From assembly GCA_038209745.1 (NCBI GenBank), contig JBBQXJ010000004.1, positions 1 through 64,000 of the forward strand: a stretch of DNA of 64,000 nucleotides. Direction: 5' to 3'. Below, piece after piece: positions 1 through 12,189 of this stretch; position 1 is the stretch's first letter; every line of letters begins with the position of its first letter. Below the pieces are notes generated by a model. It had not been told where the DNA came from. It saw nothing but the letters and a program-made list of their open reading frames with translations, and searched no databases. The DNA is from Verrucomicrobiota bacterium. Lineage in GTDB: Bacteria; Verrucomicrobiota; Verrucomicrobiia; Limisphaerales; CANJSG01. A program made the translations under genes and the position numbers.

Positions 1-818
1 CTTTTGCCGGTGTCGATATCGCTCTCTTCAGCGCGGGCGGCGGCATCTCTAAGGAATATGCCCCGCACGCCACCGGCGCCGGTGCGGTGGTGGTGGATAA
101 TTCCAGCGCCTTCCGCATGGATCCAAATGGTCCGCTCGTGATCCCGGAGATCAATGCCGCCGACATCAAGAAGCACCAAGGGATCATCGCGAACCCGAAC
201 TGCACCACCGCCATCACGCTCATGGCGCTCTATCCGTTGCACCAGGCCTTCGGCGTGAAGCGTATTTTCGCCTCCAGCTATCAGGCCGTTTCCGGCACCG
301 GCGCCAAGGCGTTGGAAGAGCTTGAAAACCAGGTGAAGCAGATCGTCCACGGCCAACCCGTGACCAAGGAGGTCTACCCGCACCAGATTGCGTTCAACGT
401 CCTCCCGCACGTCGATTCCTTCCTGCCCAGCGGCTACACCAAGGAAGAGATGAAGTTGGAAAACGAAGGACGGAAGATCATGCACCACCCGGGATTCCGC
501 GCCTCCGTCACCTGCGTCCGCGTGCCCATCTACCGCGCGCATTCCATCGCCGTGAGCGCCGAGTTCGAGAAGCCCGTCTCGCTCGAAGCCGCCTACGCCG
601 CGCTCGAAGCCGCGCCCGGCCTCGACGTGGTGGACGACCCGGCGACCCAGCAATACCCGATGCCGCTGAAGACCGCGGAGAAGGACAACTGCGAAGTCGG
701 CCGGCTACGCCTCGACTGCGCCCTGGACAACGGCCTGTGCTTCTGGGTCTCCGGCGACCAGCTCCTCAAGGGCGCCGCGCTCAACGCGGTGCAGATCGCG
801 GAAGAGCTGCTGAAATAG
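1..818 (+). CDS. asd: Aspartate-semialdehyde dehydrogenase (5'-truncated by window edge)
   Basis: Frame is open from nt 3 (FAGVDIALFSAGG...VDNSSAFRM). Catalytic ANPNCTT motif and C-terminal DQLLKGAALNAVQIAE. Confidence 0.97.
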   Translation, partial: FAGVDIALFSAGGGISKEYAPHATGAGAVVVDNSSAFRMDPNGPLVIPEINAADIKKHQGIIANPNCTTAITLMALYPLHQAFGVKRIFASSYQAVSGTGAKALEELENQVKQIVHGQPVTKEVYPHQIAFNVLPHVDSFLPSGYTKEEMKLENEGRKIMHHPGFRASVTCVRVPIYRAHSIAVSAEFEKPVSLEAAYAALEAAPGLDVVDDPATQQYPMPLKTAEKDNCEVGRLRLDCALDNGLCFWVSGDQLLKGAALNAVQIAEELLK

Positions 819-841
819 CCTTCTCCAATTCGGATCTGACC

Positions 842-874
842 CAGCCCGCCGAAGCGATTCGGCGGGCTGTTTTG
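842..874 (+). terminator. Intrinsic terminator after asd
   Basis: CAGCCCGCCGAA-GCGA-TTCGGCGGGCTG 12-bp stem followed by TTTTG. Confidence 0.8.
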
Positions 875-1081
875 TTATCGAGGCATTTCACGATCGGCGT
901 TATCGGCGGCTAGTTTGCTGCGCCGGAACATGACGACGTATTTGTAGACCAGCAGCAGTCCGAAGACGACCCAGCAGGCGATGGAGAGGTTCGGAAACCG
1001 CCCGCGCAACGCGAAGGCGCCAGCCACACAGATCAGTTGAATCAGCAGGATTCCAAACCAGAGACCACGGGATTGCGACAT
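875..1081 (-). CDS. Small hypothetical membrane protein (2 TM, about 68 aa)
   Basis: MSQSRGLWFGILLIQLICVAGAFAL...WVVFGLLLVYKYVVMF has two hydrophobic segments; co-oriented downstream of the DUF4230 gene. Confidence 0.55.
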   Translation of the reverse strand: MSQSRGLWFGILLIQLICVAGAFALRGRFPNLSIACWVVFGLLLVYKYVVMFRRSKLAADNADREMPR

Positions 1082-1135
1082 GCCGGGAACTGTAGGCCGG
1101 GACCCAGTTTTCAAGCCAGACAGCAATCCGAGGAG

Positions 1136-1741
1136 TCACCGCAGCAGCGGAAAGTCGGTCTTGAACTCCACGTCCACCTCGGCAAAGCCCGCCTGCAACA
1201 ACAGCGCCTGCAGCTGGAGTTTCGCCCGGTCCTGGGCTTCGGCGAGGATGCCCGCTTGCTTCGCGGCAACGATCAATTGTCCGACCGCCTGCTTGCGCGC
1301 TTCCTGTTCCAGCGTCTTGTCGAAGGTCCGCATCATCCCCGTGCTCCGCTCCAACACCTGCGTTTCGCGGTCGTTGAGGTAGGCGTCCGTCACCATCGCG
1401 GGCGGCAGGAGAAGACGGATCTTGCGGTCGCTGATGGAGATGTCGCCCGGCTGGAGCTTCTGGAGATCGAGCCCGGCCTTCACCGTGCCGTGCGCCACGA
1501 GCGCGACACGGTTGTCGCCATACCACTTGGCATCCTCAAGCACGATGACCTTCTCCAGGATGAACCGGACGGTGACGAGCTCGTTGAGCGACTGGACCTG
1601 TCGCACGACCGTGGCCGTGTTCGCGATAAAAGGGGCGGCGGAAGCCGGCAGCATCCGGACAACCACGCCTCCGACGACGAGTCCGAAGACGAAGACCAAT
1701 ACGACACCGATCACGATGAGAGCGACCTTCAGCCGATTCAT
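1136..1741 (-). CDS. DUF4230 domain protein with N-terminal membrane anchor
   Basis: VRQVQSLNELVTV...VAHGTVKAGLDLQKL...LPPA...AKQAGILAEAQDRAK pattern typical of DUF4230. Confidence 0.8.
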   Translation of the reverse strand: MNRLKVALIVIGVVLVFVFGLVVGGVVVRMLPASAAPFIANTATVVRQVQSLNELVTVRFILEKVIVLEDAKWYGDNRVALVAHGTVKAGLDLQKLQPGDISISDRKIRLLLPPAMVTDAYLNDRETQVLERSTGMMRTFDKTLEQEARKQAVGQLIVAAKQAGILAEAQDRAKLQLQALLLQAGFAEVDVEFKTDFPLLR

Positions 1742-1815
1742 GGACAGACGCTACCGCGGAGCCCGCCAACACCCAAGCCATTGCCGAGCCCTCTGGATTC
1801 TCCTAGCGTCCGCCC

Positions 1816-2808
1816 ATGCTTTCGACGTCCGCGTTCCCCGTCATTCGGCCCCGCCGCCTCCGCCAGTCGCCCGCTCTCCGTCGGCTCGTGCGTGAAACCC
1901 GTCTCAGCGTGGAGCAGCTCGTCCTGCCCTTTTTCGCCCGTCGAGGAAAGAAGGTCCGCATACCCATCGGCTCCATGCCGGGTGTCTCGCAACTGTCCGT
2001 CGACGAACTTGTGCGCGACGCCGTCGCCGCCCACAGCGAAGGGATTCCCGCAGTGCTGCTCTTCGGTATTCCCTCCACAAAGGACACCAAGGCGTCCAGC
2101 GCCTACGCGAAAAACGGCATCGTCCAACAGGCCGTGCGCGCGCTGAAGAAGGAACTGCCGGAGCTGCTCGTCGTGACCGATGTCTGCCTCTGCGAATACA
2201 TGAGCCACGGCCATTGTGGCCTCGTCGACAATCACGGCGAGGTGTTGAACGACCCTTCGCTCAAGCTGCTGGCCAAGACCGCCGTCAGCCATGCGGAGGC
2301 CGGGGCCGACATCATCGCGCCCAGCGACATGATGGACGGCCGCGTCGGCGCCATCCGGCAGGCGCTCGACGGAGCCGGATTCGGCAACACACCGATCATG
2401 GCCTATGCGGCCAAGTTCGCTTCGGCCTTCTACGGCCCGTTCCGCGACGCGGCGGAATCGGCACCGCTCTTCGGCGACCGACGCAGCTACCAGATGGACG
2501 CCGCCAACGCGGAGGAAGCGATGCGGGAAGTGGCTTTGGACATCCAGGAGGGCGCCGACATCGTGATGGTGAAGCCCGCCCTCGCCTACCTCGACATCAT
2601 CCACCGGGTGAAGACCGAGTTCCGCCTGCCGACGGCGGCATATCACGTGAGCGCCGAATACTCGATGGTGAAAGCCGCCGCCGCCAATGGCTGGATCGAC
2701 GAGCGTGCCGTGATGATGGAGTCGCTCCTGGCCATGCGCCGGGCCGGCGCCGACATCATCATCACCTACGCTGCCCGGGACATCGCCCGGTGGCTCAAGG
2801 AAGGCTGA
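1816..2808 (+). CDS. hemB: Porphobilinogen synthase (Zn-type)
   Basis: RPRRLR N-terminus, [14 protein letters not shown]n motif, [24 protein letters not shown]. Confidence 0.98.
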   Translation: MLSTSAFPVIRPRRLRQSPALRRLVRETRLSVEQLVLPFFARRGKKVRIPIGSMPGVSQLSVDELVRDAVAAHSEGIPAVLLFGIPSTKDTKASSAYAKNGIVQQAVRALKKELPELLVVTDVCLCEYMSHGHCGLVDNHGEVLNDPSLKLLAKTAVSHAEAGADIIAPSDMMDGRVGAIRQALDGAGFGNTPIMAYAAKFASAFYGPFRDAAESAPLFGDRRSYQMDAANAEEAMREVALDIQEGADIVMVKPALAYLDIIHRVKTEFRLPTAAYHVSAEYSMVKAAAANGWIDERAVMMESLLAMRRAGADIIITYAARDIARWLKEG

Positions 2809-2812
2809 AACG

Positions 2813-2841
2813 AAAAGGCCGGCCCATCGATCGGGCCGGCC
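2813..2841 (-). terminator. Intrinsic terminator between the convergent hemB and FHA genes
   Basis: GGCCGGCCC-ATCGATC-GGGCCGGCC stem with AAAA on the left (U-tract on the minus strand). Confidence 0.7.
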
Positions 2842-2871
2842 ATGGAATCCTTTGAACCTAGGATCCAGAGG

Positions 2872-3396
2872 TCACTGGGCGATCGTGCCAGACTGCATGA
2901 ACGCCCAAACGACGACGACGATGATGATCACGAAGAGCACGATCGCACCGCCAATGAACATCTTGGTGCCACGATTGTCCTTCTTGGAAAAAGGGGAATT
3001 CTTGGTGAACGCAGTGGGTTGGGTGCCCGCTTGGCTGAGCTCATCCAGCTTGACGCCCTTGGGCATCACCATGGTGTGGTCCACGACCTTCTTGGCAGGT
3101 GCGCCTTCAGGACCTTCGAGTCGAACGTCAACCTGGCCCAGGCGAACGATCTGTCCGGGCTTCAGGACGGCCTCTCCGGCGACCTGCTTGCCATTGATGA
3201 AGGTGCCATTGGTGGACTGTAGATCGTTGACGACCACGTCATTGCCCCTGAGCAGGAATTCGCAGTGGTGGCTGGAGACACTTGGCTCCGCGATCTGGAA
3301 CGAATTGTCATCGACGCGACCGACCGTGGTCTTTTCCACTTTCAGTTCGTAGGACAGGCCGGTCAGACCCTGGCTGAGGACAACGAGTTTTGGCAT
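2872..3396 (-). CDS. FHA domain protein with C-terminal TM helix
   Basis: VGR...SVSSHH...DLQSTNGTFING FHA signature; hydrophobic C-terminus. Confidence 0.9.
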   Translation of the reverse strand: MPKLVVLSQGLTGLSYELKVEKTTVGRVDDNSFQIAEPSVSSHHCEFLLRGNDVVVNDLQSTNGTFINGKQVAGEAVLKPGQIVRLGQVDVRLEGPEGAPAKKVVDHTMVMPKGVKLDELSQAGTQPTAFTKNSPFSKKDNRGTKMFIGGAIVLFVIIIVVVVWAFMQSGTIAQ

Positions 3397-3495
3397 AGGG
3401 CGGATCGGAGACGATTATTGAAACTCAGCCTTCTGAGTCAACCGGTTAAATCCCTTAAGGGCGGAACATTTGCCAAGATCCGGAAGCTTTCCGGC

Positions 3496-4659
3496 TCACT
3501 TGGATTCGATCATCCGACGAAACTCCCCGAACAACGGCGTCGAATCGTGCGGTCCCGGCGACGCTTCGGGATGATACTGCACGCAGAAAATAGGCTTCTT
3601 TTTGTGGCGAAGGCCTTCGACCGTCTGGTCGTTCAGGTTGATCCGATTGACCGCGACATCGTCCGGCAGCGAGGCGGCATCGACGGCGAAGCCATGGTTT
3701 TGCGAAGTGATTTCGACCCGACCCGTCTCGAAATCTTTTACCGGCTGGTTGCCGCCCCGGTGGCCGAACTTGAGTTTGAAGGTCTTTCCACCGAAAGCTT
3801 GACCCAAAATCTGGTGTCCGAGGCAGATCCCGAAAATGGGAACGCCGCTCTTGATCAGGTCTCGCGCGGAGTCGACCGCGTAGTTCAAAGCCGACGGATC
3901 CCCTGGGCCGTTGGACAGGAAGATGCCGGCCGGCTTGTGCTTCAGGGCTTCAGCCGCCGGTGTCGTGGCGGGAACGACGCGCACCCGGAACCCGTGCTGG
4001 CGGAGACGACGCAGGATGTTGTATTTCATCCCAAAATCGTAGGCGACGATCGGGATATCTGCTGCGGGCAGCGGCTTGGAGAGGTACCTCGGATTCGGCG
4101 GAACGTCCGTGCCAGCCGTGATGGCGAAACTTCCACTCTGCTCGTCCCGTTCGTCCCAAAGGAACGACTCCTTGTGGGTCACTTCTTTCACGTAGTCCAC
4201 GCCGACGAGCCCGCGCCACTCGCGGGCTTGCCTTACAGCTTCCTCGTCCGTCATCGGAAGAGTGCTGACCAGACCCTTCATCGCTCCGCCGACCCGCAGT
4301 TTCTTGGTCAAGGCGCGGGTGTCCACGCCCTCGATTCCGGGAATGCCGGCCTGCTTCAAGTATTCGTCGAGCGACTGGTCCGCCCTCCAGCTGCTGACGA
4401 CGGGAGAAAGTTCACGGATAACGAACCCCGCCACATGCGCCCGCCACGATTCGACGTCACGGGTGTTGACCCCGTAGTTGCCGATGAGGGGATAGGTCAT
4501 CGTCACGATCTGACCCTTGTAGGAAGGATCGGTGAGGATCTCCTGATAGCCGGTCATCGAGGTGTTGAAACACACTTCGCCGAGAGCGGTGGAAGAGGCA
4601 CCGAAGGCGCGGCCACGGAACACCGTTCCGTCTTCAAGGGCGAGAATCGCGTTGGTCAT
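3496..4659 (-). CDS. carA: Carbamoyl-phosphate synthase small subunit
   Basis: [40 protein letters not shown]. Confidence 0.98.
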   Translation of the reverse strand: MTNAILALEDGTVFRGRAFGASSTALGEVCFNTSMTGYQEILTDPSYKGQIVTMTYPLIGNYGVNTRDVESWRAHVAGFVIRELSPVVSSWRADQSLDEYLKQAGIPGIEGVDTRALTKKLRVGGAMKGLVSTLPMTDEEAVRQAREWRGLVGVDYVKEVTHKESFLWDERDEQSGSFAITAGTDVPPNPRYLSKPLPAADIPIVAYDFGMKYNILRRLRQHGFRVRVVPATTPAAEALKHKPAGIFLSNGPGDPSALNYAVDSARDLIKSGVPIFGICLGHQILGQAFGGKTFKLKFGHRGGNQPVKDFETGRVEITSQNHGFAVDAASLPDDVAVNRINLNDQTVEGLRHKKKPIFCVQYHPEASPGPHDSTPLFGEFRRMIESK

Positions 4660-4764
4660 GAATCAAAAAAGCTCGCGGATGCTAGGAACGGCGGAACAAG
4701 GGTCAAGCGACAACCTCGGCCCAAGTGAAAAGAATACCGATCACGGACACCTTCCCGTCCCGGC

Positions 4765-5067
4765 TCATGTCAAAATCACCGCCATGCGAACCCGTGCATC
4801 CGCTTCGATCTTGCCCATGAAAGGAAACGCAGCGAAAGGCAGATCCGCATCCACTCTGGCCGACGACTCCACCACGGACAGACGGCCCTTTAAGGCCATT
4901 CCCATCACACGACACTGAAAAACGCAGCCGGCACTCGTCCATTCCGCATTCAGATCCGTGACTTTTCCGCCCGCCGACGGCAGGACGTCTTCCAGCGCGC
5001 GCCGCAACCGATCGACAGCGACATCGCGACCCAAAAAATGGGAAACTTCAACGGAGAGTTTAGGCAT
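4765..5067 (-). CDS. Polyhydroxyalkanoic acid system family protein (PHA_gran_rgn-like)
   Basis: 100 aa, MPKLSVEVSHFLGRDVAVDRL...W...F...G.L.V....V..DLPFAAFPFMGKIE pattern. Confidence 0.7.
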   Translation of the reverse strand: MPKLSVEVSHFLGRDVAVDRLRRALEDVLPSAGGKVTDLNAEWTSAGCVFQCRVMGMALKGRLSVVESSARVDADLPFAAFPFMGKIEADARVRMAVILT

Positions 5068-5124
5068 GCAAGGGAACGGGCGCCGAGGCGCCCGTTTCAC
5101 GGAAAAGATGATCGAAGGAACCGG

Positions 5125-5532
5125 TCAAATCCGGTTCCGGCGCTTTACCTTGAGCTGGGCCAGAGAATTAAGCAGCGCCGCTTGGACGGTGGCCGATTCC
5201 TCATCGGACAACTTCTCGGCCAAACGGGCTTCCGCTCGCTTGCGGGCTTCTTCGGCCCGGACCTCGTCGATGTCATCAGCCTTGATCGCCATATCGGTTA
5301 GGATCGCGACGCGGTCCCCCGTGATTTCAGCGAAACCGTCTCCGATCGCGAGATAATAATCTTGGCCGTTCTTGCGGGCACAGATCTCGCCCGCCGCCAC
5401 TTGGGTCATCAAAGGGATGTGCATCGGGAAGATGCCCATCTCTCCTTCCGTCCCGGGCAGGCTCACCATGTCCACGTCCTCGGAATAGACCTTCGCTTCC
5501 GGCGTCACGATTTCGAGTTTCAGCGTAGCCAT
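5125..5532 (-). CDS. atpC: ATP synthase F1 epsilon subunit
   Basis: LKLEIVTPE...LPGTEGEMGI...AEEARKRAE; last gene of the atp operon. Confidence 0.96.
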   Translation of the reverse strand: MATLKLEIVTPEAKVYSEDVDMVSLPGTEGEMGIFPMHIPLMTQVAAGEICARKNGQDYYLAIGDGFAEITGDRVAILTDMAIKADDIDEVRAEEARKRAEARLAEKLSDEESATVQAALLNSLAQLKVKRRNRI

Positions 5533-5613
5533 GATTTCTGGATCCTGATCGTCGTCCCATCCCCGGCCCAAGCCCAATCACGGGCGTTCCGGAAGCGGGA
5601 CCACGAAAGTGGA

Positions 5614-7987
<2,374 letters not shown>

Positions 7988-8024
7988 GTGCGGATGGAGT
8001 TCGTTGCGCGGATCGTTCCGTGGC

Positions 8025-9551
<1,527 letters not shown>

Positions 9552-9599
9552 TGCTGCTTGATCAGAGTTGAAATGGAAAATGTGCCGGAATCTGCCGGT

Positions 9600-9992
9600 T
9601 CAGTTGCTGGACTTCAGAGCGGCGAGCCGTCCGGCCACGCTGCCATCGTAGACATCGCTGCCCACCTTGATGCGGAGACCGCCGATCAGATCGGGATTCA
9701 CCCAAAACGAGACGTTCAAACCTGCACCATACTTCGTTTCAAGGTTGGCCTTGATCGCATCCATCTGGGCCGGAGTTGTTTCAACCGCATTCTCGACACG
9801 CGCCGTGCGCCGGTCCAGGTCGAGCTTCACCAACCGCTTGAACATGTGGAGCGTCCCCACGTAGCTGCGAGGCTGCTTCTCGATCACCTGGGTGACCGCT
9901 TGGCGAACCCGGCTCTCGTCGAGCACGCCGTTGACGCGGCAGACATTGAAGAGCGTCTTTGCGTCACGGCGGGATTGCTTCGAGATCTTCAT
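9600..9992 (-). CDS. atpH: ATP synthase delta subunit (short, 130 aa)
   Basis: C-terminal PDLIGGLRIKVGSDVYDGSV motif; lies between atpF and atpA. Confidence 0.92.
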   Translation of the reverse strand: MKISKQSRRDAKTLFNVCRVNGVLDESRVRQAVTQVIEKQPRSYVGTLHMFKRLVKLDLDRRTARVENAVETTPAQMDAIKANLETKYGAGLNVSFWVNPDLIGGLRIKVGSDVYDGSVAGRLAALKSSN

Positions 9993-10014
9993 CGGTGCAG
10001 TGGAAATTCGGCAA

Positions 10015-10572
10015 TCAGTTGTTCACAAGCTGCCGATTGGCGTCGTCCGCCAACCGCTGCTTCTGCTCAACGCTCAGAATATTGCCGGTAACCATGGCGC
10101 TGGTCTCGACCACGAGCCGGGTTACCTCGTTGCGCAGCTCGGACTTCATGCGGGCGAGCTCGGCCTCGTTCGACTCTTTGGCCTTGGCGATGATCTGGGC
10201 TGCCGCAGCGACCGCCTTCTGGGCTTCCTGCTCCGAAATCTTGGCGGCACCGACCCGCGCTTCCTCGATGATCTTGTTCGCTTGGCTTCCGGCTTGGCCG
10301 ATGATTTCTTGGACTTTCGACTGCGCGTTGGCCAACTCCCTGCGGGTCCGCTCCGAATTCTCGAGCGCCTGGGTGATCTGGTGCTTGCGCTGCTCCAGCA
10401 TGGCAAGGAGCGGCTTGTAGGCGAACTTTGCCAGAACCAGCGCGACGATGGTAAAGAGCACCAACTGCGAGAGGAACAGCCGCGGCTCCCAGCCGAACTC
10501 ACGGGCTACTTCCTGAAAGGGGTTTTCCGCAGCGCGCTCTGCGACTGCAGCTAGAATTGGAGCAATTGTCAT
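10015..10572 (-). CDS. atpF: ATP synthase Fo subunit b
   Basis: TM helix, then KFAYKPLLAMLEQRK and a long coiled coil. Confidence 0.95.
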   Translation of the reverse strand: MTIAPILAAVAERAAENPFQEVAREFGWEPRLFLSQLVLFTIVALVLAKFAYKPLLAMLEQRKHQITQALENSERTRRELANAQSKVQEIIGQAGSQANKIIEEARVGAAKISEQEAQKAVAAAAQIIAKAKESNEAELARMKSELRNEVTRLVVETSAMVTGNILSVEQKQRLADDANRQLVNN

Positions 10573-10591
10573 TTGGGTCTATGAAAGGGTT

Positions 10592-10619
10592 GACCGCAGG
10601 GCTGAATAACCCTGCGGTC
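10592..10619. promoter_or_regulatory. Perfect 10-bp stem-loop just downstream of atpE
   Basis: GACCGCAGGG-CTGAATAA-CCCTGCGGTC in the atpE-atpF spacer. Confidence 0.6.
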
Positions 10620-10626
10620 TCCGTGA

Positions 10627-10833
10627 TTATTGACCTTTGGCCAGATAGATGGCGAAGAAGGTGATGCCTTCCGCCAGAGCGGCCAAGATGATCGCGATGT
10701 TTCGGATCTGGCCAGCAGCCCCCGGATTGCGTCCGGTTGCTTCTGCGGCCTTCATACCAATGATGCCCACACCGATGGCGGAGCCGATGGCGGCCAATCC
10801 GATGTGCAGGTTACCAGTCAGTTCTGCGAGCAT
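10627..10833 (-). CDS. atpE: ATP synthase Fo subunit c
   Basis: Glycine-rich helix (AIGSAIGVGIIG), RNP loop, essential Glu in ALAEG. Confidence 0.97.
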   Translation of the reverse strand: MLAELTGNLHIGLAAIGSAIGVGIIGMKAAEATGRNPGAAGQIRNIAIILAALAEGITFFAIYLAKGQ

Positions 10834-10901
10834 GATTTACCTTTCGTTTTGTTGTTCCCGGAAGCCCCGGCAGTCTTGCCACCGTCCGGCGTCCGAAATT
10901 G

Positions 10902-11813
10902 TTAGTGGGCTTTTTCGTGACCCTTTTGGCCGTGTCCCGGAACATCCTCATGTTCGTGTTCGCAGATCAGCAACGTGAAGACTGCGGTCAGAAGCGTGAA
11001 AACCAACGCCTGGACGAGTCCGACGAGGAGTTCGAGAAAATAGAACGGGAGAGGAATAAGCCATCCCAGGGACGGAATCAGATTCATCATCGATTCAAGG
11101 ATGTTCTCACCGGCGAAAACATTGCCGAAAAGACGGAAGCTAAGGGACACCGGCCGAAACAAGATCGACATCGTCTCGAGCACCCCCACGAAGAGGAAGA
11201 TCACGATCATGAACAGCCCCATGATACCCTCCGTTTTTCCCTTGGGAGCGAAGATGTGTTTCAGGAAACCAACCACCCCGTTGGCCTGGATCGCCCAGAT
11301 GATCCACATCAGGAAGAACAACAGCGCCATTGCCGACGTCATGTTGAGGTCGGCGTTTCCGCCGCGCAGCCACGGATCGGTGACATGGAAATGGTTTGCC
11401 GAATCGTAGTGGCCCCAACCGAAAGTGCCCACGCCCGGGATGAGTCCGAACCAATTGGTGAACAGGATGAAGAAGAAAATGGATCCGAAAAACCAGAAGG
11501 TCTTTTTGATCAATTCAGGTCCGACGATCTCTTCCAAGAAGCCATACAGGGATTCCACCATCCACTCGGCCAAGTTTTGCAGGCCGGAGGGAATCGGGGT
11601 CATGTTGCGACTCACCAACTGGGCGAAAAGAATCGTACCAAGGGTCACGAGGATCGTGACCACCATCGAATTGGTGATTTCCAACGGGCCGAAATGGAAA
11701 ACCTTCAGTGCCTGCGACGGAAGCCCCTTCTCGCCCCCCTCCTCTGCGGCGAATGCCATCAAGGGAGCGGCGAGGAACAGGAATACGGCAAGCAGTTGTC
11801 GGATTGAGCGCAT
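10902..11813 (-). CDS. atpB: ATP synthase Fo subunit a
   Basis: NWFGLIPG, RPVSLSFRLFGNVFAGE, LELLVGLVQALVF; start placed at MRSIRQLL. Confidence 0.97.
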   Translation of the reverse strand: MRSIRQLLAVFLFLAAPLMAFAAEEGGEKGLPSQALKVFHFGPLEITNSMVVTILVTLGTILFAQLVSRNMTPIPSGLQNLAEWMVESLYGFLEEIVGPELIKKTFWFFGSIFFFILFTNWFGLIPGVGTFGWGHYDSANHFHVTDPWLRGGNADLNMTSAMALLFFLMWIIWAIQANGVVGFLKHIFAPKGKTEGIMGLFMIVIFLFVGVLETMSILFRPVSLSFRLFGNVFAGENILESMMNLIPSLGWLIPLPFYFLELLVGLVQALVFTLLTAVFTLLICEHEHEDVPGHGQKGHEKAH

Positions 11814-12189
11814 CGCGTTGTCTGGACCGTTAAGGGCAGACGGATTACAATCCATCAAACCAAGGTGGAGCCAAAACGGGACCCGGAAACTGCCCAATCG
11901 TGAAATTTTTCACAAGCGATTTTTGGAGAAACCTTGAACGACATTAGGACTCAATTGTCCTCCTTTCGGAGGGCGTCTAAACTTCGTTGACTGCATGGTG
12001 TTGCCCGCATGGGCGACCGACGACTCTGCCAGGGAACAGTGGGATTTCGACGGCTCTTCCGATTGGGCTATACTGAATAGGTTTCCTGTGCCACCGGTCT
12101 ATCAAACGTGAACGACGGATCCATTGCCGGGCGGAAGACCAAGTCTCAGGACACGTCCGACCAATTGGGGCGCCAAACCGCAATCAACC

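Noticed and set aside
1091..1106. GTAGGCCGGGACCC resembling the start of the GTAG REP
   Set aside because: The second arm of the hairpin is missing; probably chance or a very degraded copy.
10627..10833. Na+-translocating or N-type ATPase
   Set aside because: Subunit c has AEGITFF rather than the Na+-binding Q...ES/T..Y signature, and the gene order is standard atpBEFHAGDC.
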